From sequence record PZ445514.1: a DNA stretch of 64,000 nucleotides, one strand, 5' to 3'. The position numbers and the translations under genes were made by a program. Within the stretch, counting starts at the first letter, position 1, and each line of letters starts with the position of its first letter. The DNA comes from a phage. The notes under the pieces were generated by a model that was not told the origin of the DNA, searched no databases, and saw only the letters and a program-made list of their open reading frames with translations. This document shows positions 26,037 to 35,623 of this stretch, piece by piece.

Positions 26037-27221
26037 TCAAGCTTTAGCCAAAATGGCGCTAAACTCTTCACCAAACTCTTTTACAATCTTCATCAGGTTT
26101 GGGTATGCTTTAATCAGCTGAGCAACAATCTTGTCACGCCCTTTACCGATAAGCAAGGCATTTCCTAAGGCATTAGGTTTCATCATCGCCATAAAGACTG
26201 AGAATACAAAATCTCGGTTCTCGTCCTTGAAGTTTTCCCAAAGGAAATCGAGGAAGTTTGCCACGCAGCTGACAAGATCTTCGTCTGAGATACTTGCATT
26301 TTCCATCATATTACGAATAGCGATACAACCTTCAGATCCAAGAATCCACAAAATGTCTGGCTGCTTAGGACCTACGTATTCTTTGCAACCACCTGCCATA
26401 ATCCGACCGATTTCAGGTAAATTGCGTTTCTTGGTGTGGTATGTCCAGATCTCTACCGCTGCAGTGTGACCAATAGCACCTTGCAGAAGAACACGGGCCA
26501 TAGCGTCAGAAATAATACCGCTGTCAAAATCGTGCAAGATGTCAGATGCAGCAACCCAAGATCGCGGTGTGGCAAAAGATGGACAATTAATCTCAGCCAT
26601 AGCCTCATAATTATCGATAGCTGATGGAACTCTTTTCAGATACCCAATTACAGAGGAGTGCACCCCATTGAGGAATGCGTAGTCCTCAATAAACACCTCT
26701 GCATTGCTTGTAACCTCTACAATGATAAAGCGGTTAGCCAGAGGAGCTTCGAGCGCCGAAAGAACAGCACCATCTGTAGAACGGTTACCCGCAGCCACAA
26801 AAACAGAGCCTTTAGGGAATGCATAGGTGCCGCACTTGTGGTCGAGCATAATCTGCATTGCAACCTTTTGCAGATAGTTATCTGCATGAGTAAGCTCATC
26901 CAGAAAGATAATTCCACTCCAGTTCGGATCTGCAGGCCAAAATTCTGGAATTGCAAACACTGTACGTGTAGTTCCATCAGCTTCTACAGGGATAGGTAGC
27001 CCAGATAAGTCGGCAGGATCTTTATCTGACAGCCGCACGTCAACCAGGTTGTCATCTCGCTCACCGAACATATTATCGGCGATCTGCTTCATCACCTGGC
27101 TCTTTCCCACGCCCATTGGTCCTAAAATCAGGACAGATCGGTTATGACGCTGGGCAAACTGAATGATAGCTGGCAACTCACGGACAGTGATTTGACCACT
27201 TTCAAATACGTTTCTTGACAT
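26037..27221 (-). CDS. AAA+ ATPase, MoxR/CobS-like
   Basis: 394 aa; Walker A LGPMGVGKS, Walker B IIFLDELTHA, sensor-1-like FVAAGN. Confidence 0.8.
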   Translation of the reverse strand: MSRNVFESGQITVRELPAIIQFAQRHNRSVLILGPMGVGKSQVMKQIADNMFGERDDNLVDVRLSDKDPADLSGLPIPVEADGTTRTVFAIPEFWPADPNWSGIIFLDELTHADNYLQKVAMQIMLDHKCGTYAFPKGSVFVAAGNRSTDGAVLSALEAPLANRFIIVEVTSNAEVFIEDYAFLNGVHSSVIGYLKRVPSAIDNYEAMAEINCPSFATPRSWVAASDILHDFDSGIISDAMARVLLQGAIGHTAAVEIWTYHTKKRNLPEIGRIMAGGCKEYVGPKQPDILWILGSEGCIAIRNMMENASISDEDLVSCVANFLDFLWENFKDENRDFVFSVFMAMMKPNALGNALLIGKGRDKIVAQLIKAYPNLMKIVKEFGEEFSAILAKA

Positions 27222-27514
27222 TAGTAAAAGTCCTCTACTTGTGTGTAAGTGTTTTCGAAGTTTTCCAAAACAGATGTCACATCGGATCTGTCAATATCGT
27301 ACACAACTTCCCAGTTGTATGCAACCCTTTCTGCTGTTGCTTCTTCAGGGCTTAGTCGCCTGCTGGGGTGAAAGAATGCTGGAGTGCACCTTTTTAGGTA
27401 TCTTCCGGGTTTCCCGTAACAATATTTGTGGATAACTTTGTCAAAATTTAACTCTTTTTCTGCACAAAGTTCGTGTTTCTGGTATAACATGTTTATTACT
27501 CTTCTAAGCGGCAT
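27221..27514 (-). CDS. hypothetical protein
   Basis: Start ambiguous between 27526 (GTG), 27514 and 27490. Confidence 0.4.
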   Translation of the reverse strand: MPLRRVINMLYQKHELCAEKELNFDKVIHKYCYGKPGRYLKRCTPAFFHPSRRLSPEEATAERVAYNWEVVYDIDRSDVTSVLENFENTYTQVEDFY

Positions 27515-27529
27515 CCCTGCCACCACCTA

Positions 27530-27910
27530 CTAGAATGCAGTTCGAATCCAGACAAGGTTCTTATCTGCCCAATCATAGAGGCAAGTCATTGCGCTATTGA
27601 ATTGCTCACACGGAGGATAATCTTCTTCCATCTGGCGCATAGCGGAGCCTTGTGGGTAAAGCTCCCGTGCTGCAAGCCACGCATCGTAGTCATCCACGGT
27701 ATCGAAGTAGTATACAACATCCTCCAACTCAGGATCGAACTTTGAATTATCAGGATCCAGTTGTTCAGGGAACTTGGAGCGTAACTTGCCAGCCACAATG
27801 CTTGCCAACTCGCTAACATGCTTATTGTCCCACTCTACTAGTTTCCCGTCTTCAGCGATGCGTCCTAACCACTGATCATGAAGGTCAACTGTTGTCTTCC
27901 ATCGGGCCAT
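27530..27910 (-). CDS. hypothetical protein
   Basis: ATG at 27910 after GAGGTGGA; ORF-track start is TTG. Confidence 0.55.
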   Translation of the reverse strand: MARWKTTVDLHDQWLGRIAEDGKLVEWDNKHVSELASIVAGKLRSKFPEQLDPDNSKFDPELEDVVYYFDTVDDYDAWLAARELYPQGSAMRQMEEDYPPCEQFNSAMTCLYDWADKNLVWIRTAF

Positions 27911-27912
27911 TA

Positions 27913-28170
27913 TCAATCCACCTCTTCTTCTCGTTGTAGTTCAAGATACCCGTAGGTCTGGATATCTTCAAGAGTGTGGAACTCCCCATCTGCCGCTAAA
28001 GCACGAACAACTTGGCACAAAACCTTATGAGGAACTTCATCCAGACCCAGATTCAGTGCAGGGAACACCTTATCTAAGTCAACAAAATAAACGAACTGTA
28101 GCTCACCAGCTTCAAAAGGCGTATCTTCAATAAACATCTTCTCGGCATTAGTCAAAATCTGCACTTTCAT
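27913..28170 (-). CDS. hypothetical protein
   Basis: 85-aa ORF with GAGGAGG upstream. Confidence 0.55.
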   Translation of the reverse strand: MKVQILTNAEKMFIEDTPFEAGELQFVYFVDLDKVFPALNLGLDEVPHKVLCQVVRALAADGEFHTLEDIQTYGYLELQREEEVD

Positions 28171-28526
28171 TATTCTACCTCCTCTTCTTTTTCTTCGGCG
28201 TTAGTTTCAGTGCTACCCCACTCTGGAGTTTCCACCTCGATAGTAAACTCACGCACTACACGGTAATTGCCCATGAAGCGCTCCACTTCGTCGAGGTTTA
28301 TGGAGAGGCCATTGGCAACCAGGTCTGCAGCACCATCTTCTACCAGGTAGTCCAGGTTGGCTTCCAAAGCTTCAGGCTCAAACCCTGTCAATGCAATCAG
28401 ATAACCTTTCCCTTCATCAGGGAGGACAATACAGCCCAACTGATTTTCTTTAAAAAGCCAGTGACCATCATTATTGATTGGGTGTTCATTGCAGTAAATA
28501 GCTGCACGATAAGTAACTTTAGACAT
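28170..28526 (-). CDS. hypothetical acidic protein
   Basis: ATG at 28526 after AAGGAGG. Confidence 0.55.
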   Translation of the reverse strand: MSKVTYRAAIYCNEHPINNDGHWLFKENQLGCIVLPDEGKGYLIALTGFEPEALEANLDYLVEDGAADLVANGLSINLDEVERFMGNYRVVREFTIEVETPEWGSTETNAEEKEEEVE

Positions 28527-28539
28527 AGGTAAGGCCTCC

Positions 28540-28812
28540 TTAGGCAATTGTCATTTTACATTCTTGAAATTTTAACACAAGACGGTGATTGTGTCTAGTG
28601 TCTAAAAAGATTTTTTCAACCATCAGGCACACGGTATAACCGTCCATCTTGTTAACAACAAAATCTCCAGGGTGAGGGAGGATGTCTCCCGGGTTGGGGA
28701 AACATAGTCCGCTCAAGAAGGCATCGTCGGTGGTAGACTTAATAGATTTCCACACGCTATCTGCCTGAACATTCTCACCCACATAGTATACGCTACCACA
28801 TGTCTTCATCAT
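28540..28812 (-). CDS. hypothetical protein
   Basis: ATG at 28812 after GGAGA; ORF-track start is TTG. Confidence 0.5.
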   Translation of the reverse strand: MMKTCGSVYYVGENVQADSVWKSIKSTTDDAFLSGLCFPNPGDILPHPGDFVVNKMDGYTVCLMVEKIFLDTRHNHRLVLKFQECKMTIA

Positions 28813-28814
28813 AG

Positions 28815-29714
28815 TCAAATCTCCGCGTAAATTAAACTGGAATCAGTATACTTCTTTAATGGGTAAATATCCTGTCCATAGATGCAGTCATTAAACACCT
28901 CATCTACCCAAAGGCTACACTTATATCCCATCATTTCTAAAACACCCATCTCTTCTTCGGTAAACTTATCACCGCTCTTGCAAGATGTCAATACCTCATT
29001 CTGTACTCTTGCTACCTCGAAGCGGTTATTGGCAATATCGCTATTGGCGATCAAATACTCACCTAAAGGGTGTGCGGCATTAAAGATGCACAGTGGGCGG
29101 TTGACGTAATAGTCTCCAGGTGTATAAAAATTATTGAGGTCTTTCACTAGAACATTCTTATCAGTCACTTCATTTATAACATCATGCATATCGCACATCT
29201 TTATATGTTTGAGGATTCCATCTCCCATCACAAAATAAAAACTTGCTGAGGCACTTTCGGCATAGATCTTACTAGATCCGTTGTAGTTGTATTTTACTCG
29301 GATGCTAACGGGGGTTTTTCCTGTCGCGTTAGCCATCATCCAAAGAAATGGCAGCTCATACTTCTCCTCTGAGGAAACAAAAGGTGAAGTAGCCAGAGAT
29401 CGAAAACCTCCAGAGAAGTTGAAAGTTACAGAACCGCTCCGGCGGTATGATACCGCGTATTCTACTTTTATATCGACATACCCGTTGGAATAGGTGTGTC
29501 CTTCATTATCTAAATATGTCCACTTATCAGACCCAGATACCAATCTACGCTCAATCACCTTCATCACTATAGGAATTAGTGGGTTGGTACAAACCGCTTT
29601 TGAAGTAGCTTTATCATCCAGAGCTTCGTAAATTGCAGAAAGGATATCTCCAGCTGAGAGATTGGTTGTTATATCCTGTTGCCACCTGGTGCTAAAACTG
29701 TTAAGATTTGCCAT
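28815..29714 (-). CDS. hypothetical protein, first gene of leftward operon
   Basis: 299-aa ORF with AGGAG upstream; divergent from plus-strand block. Confidence 0.6.
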   Translation of the reverse strand: MANLNSFSTRWQQDITTNLSAGDILSAIYEALDDKATSKAVCTNPLIPIVMKVIERRLVSGSDKWTYLDNEGHTYSNGYVDIKVEYAVSYRRSGSVTFNFSGGFRSLATSPFVSSEEKYELPFLWMMANATGKTPVSIRVKYNYNGSSKIYAESASASFYFVMGDGILKHIKMCDMHDVINEVTDKNVLVKDLNNFYTPGDYYVNRPLCIFNAAHPLGEYLIANSDIANNRFEVARVQNEVLTSCKSGDKFTEEEMGVLEMMGYKCSLWVDEVFNDCIYGQDIYPLKKYTDSSLIYAEI

Positions 29715-29793
29715 GAGTAAGTGCTCCTATGTTAGTTTTCTTTCGAATGGGTGCACTATATCGGAGATTTAGCGTAAAGTCAACACGTTTTTG

Positions 29794-30834
29794 ATGTTGA
29801 CATCTGTTGGGACAGTTGATACGATTTCTTCACTTACAGAGCACGAGAAACAACTCATGAATCTTGAAAAATATTATACACCAGAAGAGTTAGAGCGCCT
29901 GCTCAAAAAATATAGACGCAAACAGAATAATGCACGGAAACGAGATATAGAGTTCGACCTGTCGTGGGAAGAATACCTCCTATTTGGTAAAAAACTTTTA
30001 GGAGAAGGGGTATGCGACTACACTCTTATACCTTTCGACATGCACACAGATGAAAACGGGCTGGGAAATCCTTTCTATCCATCTCTGGAGCGGATAGATG
30101 ATGAAGGTCCTTACGCAATTGATAATTGTTGTGTGGTAGGATTGAGGTGCAACTCTCTGAAGGACTGTCTGGTAGATAAAAAGACTGCAATCCTGATTAA
30201 AGACAAAACTGATCGAAAAATTGTCCAGCAGATGATGCTCCACCTGAGCGAAGAGCGTATGGAGAAGTTGAAAGGTGATTATACTTTTGAAGATTTCATC
30301 TTGCAATACGGGACAGAAGAAGATAAACTAGCACTTTTTGACGAAGAGGAAGAAGATATGTCACCAATGCAGGACTTTAAAAATTTCATGGCTGATCGTG
30401 CAGCCAACAAACACATTTCAGACATCGTAAACGAAACTGTGACAGAAGAAATTGAAGAACAGAACTCTGAAAAGGAAAAAGAGCCTCAGAAGGTCGAAGA
30501 GGAGATTGCAGAAGAGGTTCCTGCACTGCCTGATGATGTTGAGGTTGCTAAGGCTTACACTTTCTATTGTCAAACGTTCTACGATGCAGGTATGAAAGTT
30601 GATCTGTCGTTCAGCCAGTTTAAGAGTTCGTATATTCGCAAATGCTGTGCTTTAACTGGTGAACGTCTCGGAGCTGGACTTAAACCACTACTGGTGACCG
30701 ACTGGAATAAAGGTTTCACTAAAGGAAACTTTATGGTAGTATCTCCAATTATGGAGAAAGCTATGACAGATCTTATGAAGACCACCCGCATGACAATGAC
30801 CGAGTTGGCAGGTATTTTCAAACACGTTAAATAA
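29794..30834 (+). CDS. hypothetical protein with possible degenerate HNH-like segment and acidic linker
   Basis: 347 aa; segment ERIDDEGPYAIDNCCVVGLRCNSLK resembles HNH spacing but lacks the catalytic His; poor RBS, start uncertain. Confidence 0.5.
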   Translation: MLTSVGTVDTISSLTEHEKQLMNLEKYYTPEELERLLKKYRRKQNNARKRDIEFDLSWEEYLLFGKKLLGEGVCDYTLIPFDMHTDENGLGNPFYPSLERIDDEGPYAIDNCCVVGLRCNSLKDCLVDKKTAILIKDKTDRKIVQQMMLHLSEERMEKLKGDYTFEDFILQYGTEEDKLALFDEEEEDMSPMQDFKNFMADRAANKHISDIVNETVTEEIEEQNSEKEKEPQKVEEEIAEEVPALPDDVEVAKAYTFYCQTFYDAGMKVDLSFSQFKSSYIRKCCALTGERLGAGLKPLLVTDWNKGFTKGNFMVVSPIMEKAMTDLMKTTRMTMTELAGIFKHVK

Positions 30835-30867
30835 TGACAGGGGCCAATGGCCCCTTCTGGAGTTTTA

Positions 30868-32328
30868 ATGGATAGCAGAAGTTCAGAAATCATTGCCTCA
30901 CAAAAAGATGATGCCCTGAGAATGTTGCAGGCTGCACGTATGTATCTCCTTGAAAAGCTGCCGTTTTATGGCACACTGCTGTCAGGGTTGCAGTTCGTAG
31001 AAAACCACACATGGTGCTCCACCATGGCAACCGACCATAAACGCATCTATTACAGTCCTGAGTTCATTATGGGGTTGGCTGATGAACGCAAGGCTATTCT
31101 TAAGGCTTCTCTAACTGACGAGCAGTTTGAGATGGCTGAAGTTTTCTATTCCCCCAAATCTGTGAAAGAGGTAGCCTTTCTTCTGTCACATGAGGTGGGT
31201 CATATTATCTGTGATCACCTGGTCCGTGGTAAAAGCTTTGAGCCGGAACTGTTCAATATTGCTTGTGATCACGTTATCAACACAGGTCTTGTGGTTGACT
31301 TTAGCAAGCCACCTTGTGTTTTCTTCCCGAAAGGGAAAAGCACTACGTTCGTAAAAGGTAAGCCTTTTGGCTTCTTAGCCAGCTGCTACTGTGACATGAA
31401 GTTTCATGGATGGATTGCTGAGAACGTCTATGCAGTTCTTGATAAGCAAAGAGATCAGAATAACGGTAAAAGTAAGAGCGGTAAAGGTGAGAACTCTCAA
31501 GGAGATAAGCGACAAACCGATGATCACATGAGTGGGAACGGTGGCACCAGCGATGATCTTGGAAAGGCTATGGGGTATGATCAGCCACAACCTGTAATCA
31601 GCCAATCTGATAAAGATCAGGCCATGCAGGACTCTGGTGACATGCTGGAGGCAGCAATGCAAGCTTCCGGAGGCCGTTGCCCTGAGGCGGTGCGTGAGTT
31701 TGTCAAGAACAGGGGTAAGCCTGTAATCAACTATATAGACATTATTAAGCAACGCATGTTGTCTAAACGAAAGGCTGAACTGACCTACAGAAAACCTGGT
31801 CGCCGATCTGGTTCTTTGACCAGCACAATGCGAAAAGTTGGGGCTATAAACAAGAACCAGCACGTTATTGTTCCCGGTCGTAATCCTGAAAACACTATAG
31901 ATATTGTGGTGGCTTTAGACGTTTCTGGCTCGATCTCTCAAAGAACTTTAAAGAAAATGTTCAATGAAATCACCGGATTGTGCAATCTGTATAAAGAGTT
32001 TAAGGTTACAATGTTCTGTTGGTCAACCGAGGTTGGAGAGGTCAAAGTATACACTCGCGGCAACATAGACGAGATGATCAACTATGAGGTCCACTCAACA
32101 TGGGGCACAACAGCTGCTTGCGTGTTCGAGTATCTGGATGCCAATATACCGAATGCAAAAGATGTCATCGTCCTGACCGACCTATACTTTGAGCATAACT
32201 TTGAACAAAAGGCTGTTGACAACAAGTGGAAAAAGTACGATACTTTATGGGTTCTCACCGAGGGGTATAATAAAAATTATATCCCGAGCTTTGGGAAAAC
32301 TGTGGAATTAATCGAGTACGCTAAATAA
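30868..32328 (+). CDS. VWA-domain protein with N-terminal putative zinc metallopeptidase domain
   Basis: HEVGH (HExxH) in N-terminal half; MIDAS motif DVSGS in C-terminal half; start moved to 30868 (GGAG 5 nt upstream) because ATG at 30847 lies in a hairpin. Confidence 0.75.
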   Translation: MDSRSSEIIASQKDDALRMLQAARMYLLEKLPFYGTLLSGLQFVENHTWCSTMATDHKRIYYSPEFIMGLADERKAILKASLTDEQFEMAEVFYSPKSVKEVAFLLSHEVGHIICDHLVRGKSFEPELFNIACDHVINTGLVVDFSKPPCVFFPKGKSTTFVKGKPFGFLASCYCDMKFHGWIAENVYAVLDKQRDQNNGKSKSGKGENSQGDKRQTDDHMSGNGGTSDDLGKAMGYDQPQPVISQSDKDQAMQDSGDMLEAAMQASGGRCPEAVREFVKNRGKPVINYIDIIKQRMLSKRKAELTYRKPGRRSGSLTSTMRKVGAINKNQHVIVPGRNPENTIDIVVALDVSGSISQRTLKKMFNEITGLCNLYKEFKVTMFCWSTEVGEVKVYTRGNIDEMINYEVHSTWGTTAACVFEYLDANIPNAKDVIVLTDLYFEHNFEQKAVDNKWKKYDTLWVLTEGYNKNYIPSFGKTVELIEYAK

Positions 32329-32343
32329 AGGAGGAGATTATTT

Positions 32344-32607
32344 ATGGCAACAGAGTTAAAATTTGCATCAAACCGTAAAACTAAGAAGTATCTGTCTTCC
32401 GTAGCTCCAGGCACTGTGGTGATGTTTGTTGATGAGCTTGGGGATGTGAATACAGCACTTGTTGTAAAATCACATCCTGCAAACATATATGTTGGGGTAT
32501 TTGACTTGTTCAGAAAGGTGTTTGTAGAACTACCTCACAGTTTGGTTGTTACAGAAATGGATGCCTGCATAGAAATTCTTGGCGAAGTTATGGTGGAGGA
32601 ACAATAA
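32344..32607 (+). CDS. small protein, tandem paralog 1 of 4
   Basis: 87 aa; AAGGAGGAG upstream; shares K-F-x-C/S-G-x-V-V core with next three genes. Confidence 0.6.
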   Translation: MATELKFASNRKTKKYLSSVAPGTVVMFVDELGDVNTALVVKSHPANIYVGVFDLFRKVFVELPHSLVVTEMDACIEILGEVMVEEQ

Positions 32608-32870
32608 TGGCTACTAGCATTGTATTCAATTCTAAGGTGAAGAACAAAAAGCGTGCAGACAGCTTCCCGTGTGGGACCGTGGTAAGTTGTGACGGAGACG
32701 GCATTCAAAACATAGTTATGATTGTCAAAACAGGAGAACATTGTGTGTGGGGGTTTGATTTAGAAAATAATGAGTTGTACGATCTGCCACCAAACATGAA
32801 AGTTACAGAGCTTGACACCAAAATTACCATCCTTGGAGAGACAAGCTATTCAAAAGAAGGAGGAGAATAA
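32607..32870 (+). CDS. small protein, tandem paralog 2 of 4
   Basis: 87 aa; TAATG stop/start overlap; GGAGG upstream. Confidence 0.6.
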   Translation: MATSIVFNSKVKNKKRADSFPCGTVVSCDGDGIQNIVMIVKTGEHCVWGFDLENNELYDLPPNMKVTELDTKITILGETSYSKEGGE

Positions 32871-33133
32871 TGACCACAAAAATCACTATCGCAGAACCGA
32901 AAGCTAACACTCAACCTATCGAAAAGTTTAAATGCGGTGAGGTGGTAACATTCACACCAGATAATGAAGATGCTAAGATTTTCGCCATGGTCACAGCAGA
33001 GTGGATGTGTGACAACACCACACAGGTTCTGCGTTTTGACACCTATCTTACCGATGAAATCAGGAACGACAAGATCGTGACTGGTGTGGATACTGAGATT
33101 GTTTTCTACAAGAGCTTTTTAGAGGGTTTCTGA
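32870..33133 (+). CDS. small protein, tandem paralog 3 of 4
   Basis: 87 aa; TAATG overlap; GAAGGAGGAG upstream. Confidence 0.6.
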   Translation: MTTKITIAEPKANTQPIEKFKCGEVVTFTPDNEDAKIFAMVTAEWMCDNTTQVLRFDTYLTDEIRNDKIVTGVDTEIVFYKSFLEGF

Positions 33134-33134
33134 T

Positions 33135-33368
33135 ATGGCAAAAATTCGTAAATTATCCAACAATCAGGTTGTGAAAGACTTTGAATCTGGAGAGATTCTT
33201 TATGTTCGTGATGCAGATGACGAAGGTGAAGATCTTGTTATGTTGGTAGGGCACGCTGAGGACGGATGCATCCAAGCTGTTTTTCTTGAAACAGCTATGG
33301 TGCACTGGATAGAGCTGGACCTGAAAGCACGAAAACCTAAAGCAGAAATCTTGATTTACGAAGATTAA
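33135..33368 (+). CDS. small protein, tandem paralog 4 of 4
   Basis: 77 aa; related FESGEILYV...LVMLVG core. Confidence 0.55.
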   Translation: MAKIRKLSNNQVVKDFESGEILYVRDADDEGEDLVMLVGHAEDGCIQAVFLETAMVHWIELDLKARKPKAEILIYED

Positions 33369-33384
33369 CAAAAAGGAGAGAGCC

Positions 33385-33834
33385 GTGTTGAGCAAACGTG
33401 AATGCGACAGCATTAGCCTAAATTCTTATAAGAAACAATGGTTTGGGGTGGAAGTTTGCCGACTGCGGCTAGGCTCCTACCTGAACTTCGTTTATTATGA
33501 GAGCGACAGTCGTATCGTTTCTTATGAAGTGTTCTACACTAAGAACACATTCGAACTGCGCCGTAAAGCAGAGGGAGGGAGAACTACCACCCAGAATAAT
33601 TGGGAAACTATTCTGCCTCCAGATGTCATAGGAAGTCCCCTGAATGTATCTGAAGATGAAAATCTTATGGTTCATGCTATGATGGGACTTGACAGCTTAG
33701 AGCTGGCGATCTATGATATGTCCATCGAAGCAGTTAAGCTGGACTACATCGAAAACACTTTAGAGGAAGGTATCAAGAAGTTTCTCAGTGAGAAATTAAA
33801 AGATCACTTTCATAAGGAGCTATACCTGTTATGA
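33385..33834 (+). CDS. hypothetical protein
   Basis: 149-aa ORF, GTG start after AAAGGAGAGAG. Confidence 0.55.
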   Translation: MLSKRECDSISLNSYKKQWFGVEVCRLRLGSYLNFVYYESDSRIVSYEVFYTKNTFELRRKAEGGRTTTQNNWETILPPDVIGSPLNVSEDENLMVHAMMGLDSLELAIYDMSIEAVKLDYIENTLEEGIKKFLSEKLKDHFHKELYLL

Positions 33835-34076
33835 AGACCCGTAAAGAACGTAACAAAATTTTACCTGGGGCTCTCGAACACCTGATGAAGTGCAGATCTA
33901 TTTGGCACTCTGCCAAGGAAGGGCAGAAGGTGGTTGTGGTTAGTGACAATACCAACCCGTTTGGAGATTATACCACCATGATGGCCCCATATGTCCGTGA
34001 TGGCGTTGTGGAAGTGGTCCCTTACAACGGTCTGCATGAACGTCACTTTGAAAGCACTTTGCTAGTGGAGCTATAG
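33831..34076 (+). CDS. hypothetical protein
   Basis: 81-aa ORF; ATGA overlap; AAGGAG upstream. Confidence 0.55.
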   Translation: MKTRKERNKILPGALEHLMKCRSIWHSAKEGQKVVVVSDNTNPFGDYTTMMAPYVRDGVVEVVPYNGLHERHFESTLLVEL

Positions 34077-34078
34077 TC

Positions 34079-34645
34079 ATGGCGGTCAATGTGGCTTACA
34101 ACACAGGAAAGCTTGACAGAGACATTGGGTGTCTTGTCCTTTCAGATACAGAAGAGTATTGGGGCTATGGGTTGCTGTCAGACCCACACCCGAGCAACCT
34201 CGTATCAACAGTGCTATACCGCTACGACCCTGTGCCAACGGTACACGACAAAGACATTCACGACCTTCGGATTAAGTGTTTGGAAGATCTGCTGAACAAT
34301 GGTTGCAACGATCTGCGGGTAGCCAAAGAGAAGCTTACAAACATTCACAAAGAGGAAGTGATGAGCACCCTCAGTAAGAGATCAGTGCACAAAAAGATGA
34401 TGCTGAACTTTGCAATGGGTATCTACATGGACGGGTATAAGGGAGGTGATCCGATTCTCAAGCTTCGCTGCCCAACACTGTGGGAAAGAGTGGTTGACAG
34501 TAAGGACGGCACTGCCCTGCTCGAACTCCACACCGCAGGTTGGATTTGGCGGTATGTAGACGGATACCCTCTGTGGGCATGTGGACCTGGGGAATTTGTT
34601 GACAGACCTAGCGCGGTAGTGGACTTGCTGTTACAGTTTGAATAA
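34079..34645 (+). CDS. hypothetical protein
   Basis: 188-aa ORF with GGAG upstream. Confidence 0.55.
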   Translation: MAVNVAYNTGKLDRDIGCLVLSDTEEYWGYGLLSDPHPSNLVSTVLYRYDPVPTVHDKDIHDLRIKCLEDLLNNGCNDLRVAKEKLTNIHKEEVMSTLSKRSVHKKMMLNFAMGIYMDGYKGGDPILKLRCPTLWERVVDSKDGTALLELHTAGWIWRYVDGYPLWACGPGEFVDRPSAVVDLLLQFE

Positions 34646-34704
34646 AAGGTGAGTTATAAGGTATTCATGCACCTACCAACAACAATACAACAGGAGAGAC
34701 TGAG

Positions 34705-34980
34705 ATGACGAAAGAAGAGGCCGACGTATTAGATTTTGCACTAGAGGCTACGCAGGAGGCTTTGGTGTTAGCTTGGAAAATGAACCAGCGTGCTGCAGAA
34801 TGCAACCGCCGCATCAATGAGATTCTGGGCATGTCTATGTATGATTTTACCATGCATGCCGGAGAGATTCCTGAATTAACTGCAGAGATGAATGATCTTG
34901 ACAATAAAATTAATATCATTCTGAAGACAGCAGAAACAACTCACCAAACCGCCCGTAAATTTATCAACGAGAAGGTGTGA
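34705..34980 (+). CDS. hypothetical helical protein
   Basis: 91-aa ORF with AGGAGAG upstream. Confidence 0.55.
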   Translation: MTKEEADVLDFALEATQEALVLAWKMNQRAAECNRRINEILGMSMYDFTMHAGEIPELTAEMNDLDNKINIILKTAETTHQTARKFINEKV

Positions 34981-34982
34981 AT

Positions 34983-35456
34983 ATGGACTACAGCTACTGC
35001 GGGGAAGAAGTTCCTTTTAACTACAGCAATCTTACCACGAGCAATCCATATGAGACTCGCCACGGCACGCACATCATCGCCATTGACTTTGATGGAACGT
35101 TTAATGCGAGCCCTTTCATCTTCTCCCGCCTGATCAGGGATCTGAAGAAAGAGGGGTGGACAGTCTACCTTGTGACTTTCCGATTCATTACTCAAGACAA
35201 TGTAGACATCGAGTATTGGCGCAAGGAGCTCAATGTTGGTGTGTTTTATACTGGTGGTGTTCAGAAGGCAGCCTATCTGGCGCAGTTTGATATCTACCCA
35301 GATATCTGGATTGATGATTCTCCGGCATGTATTCCGGCTAAGAATCAGTTAGAGTTTGCAATGAAGGAGATCGAGTATAAGTCTGAGGCTAAGCGGAACG
35401 GATGGCCCTTTATTATTGAAGATTACCCAGATCCTGAACCGGAGCAAGAGCCATGA
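34983..35456 (+). CDS. HAD-superfamily phosphatase, possibly nucleotidase-like
   Basis: HAD motif I IAIDFDGTF; acidic C-terminus; ATG at 34983 just after upstream stop. Confidence 0.6.
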   Translation: MDYSYCGEEVPFNYSNLTTSNPYETRHGTHIIAIDFDGTFNASPFIFSRLIRDLKKEGWTVYLVTFRFITQDNVDIEYWRKELNVGVFYTGGVQKAAYLAQFDIYPDIWIDDSPACIPAKNQLEFAMKEIEYKSEAKRNGWPFIIEDYPDPEPEQEP

Positions 35457-35623
35457 GGCGAAGATATCATTACCTGATGTGGAAGTTATATCAAAATGCT
35501 GCCAAAGCCTATCATACCATGTTTGGCAATGACGATCACTACATCATGCTACATCTCACCGCTATTGAGCATCACAATGAGTGGATTCATGCAATCGTGG
35601 CAGGTGATAAAGACTTTAAGTAA
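35453..35623 (+). CDS. hypothetical small protein (56 aa)
   Basis: Not in ORF track; ATGA overlap with HAD gene; GGAG 8 nt upstream; His/Tyr-rich. Confidence 0.45.
   Translation: MRRRYHYLMWKLYQNAAKAYHTMFGNDDHYIMLHLTAIEHHNEWIHAIVAGDKDFK

Noticed and set aside
30847-30867. ORF-track start codon of the VWA gene at 30847
   Set aside because: That ATG sits in the loop of the GGGGCC-AATG-GCCCC hairpin with no RBS, whereas the ATG at 30868 follows GGAG by 5 nt
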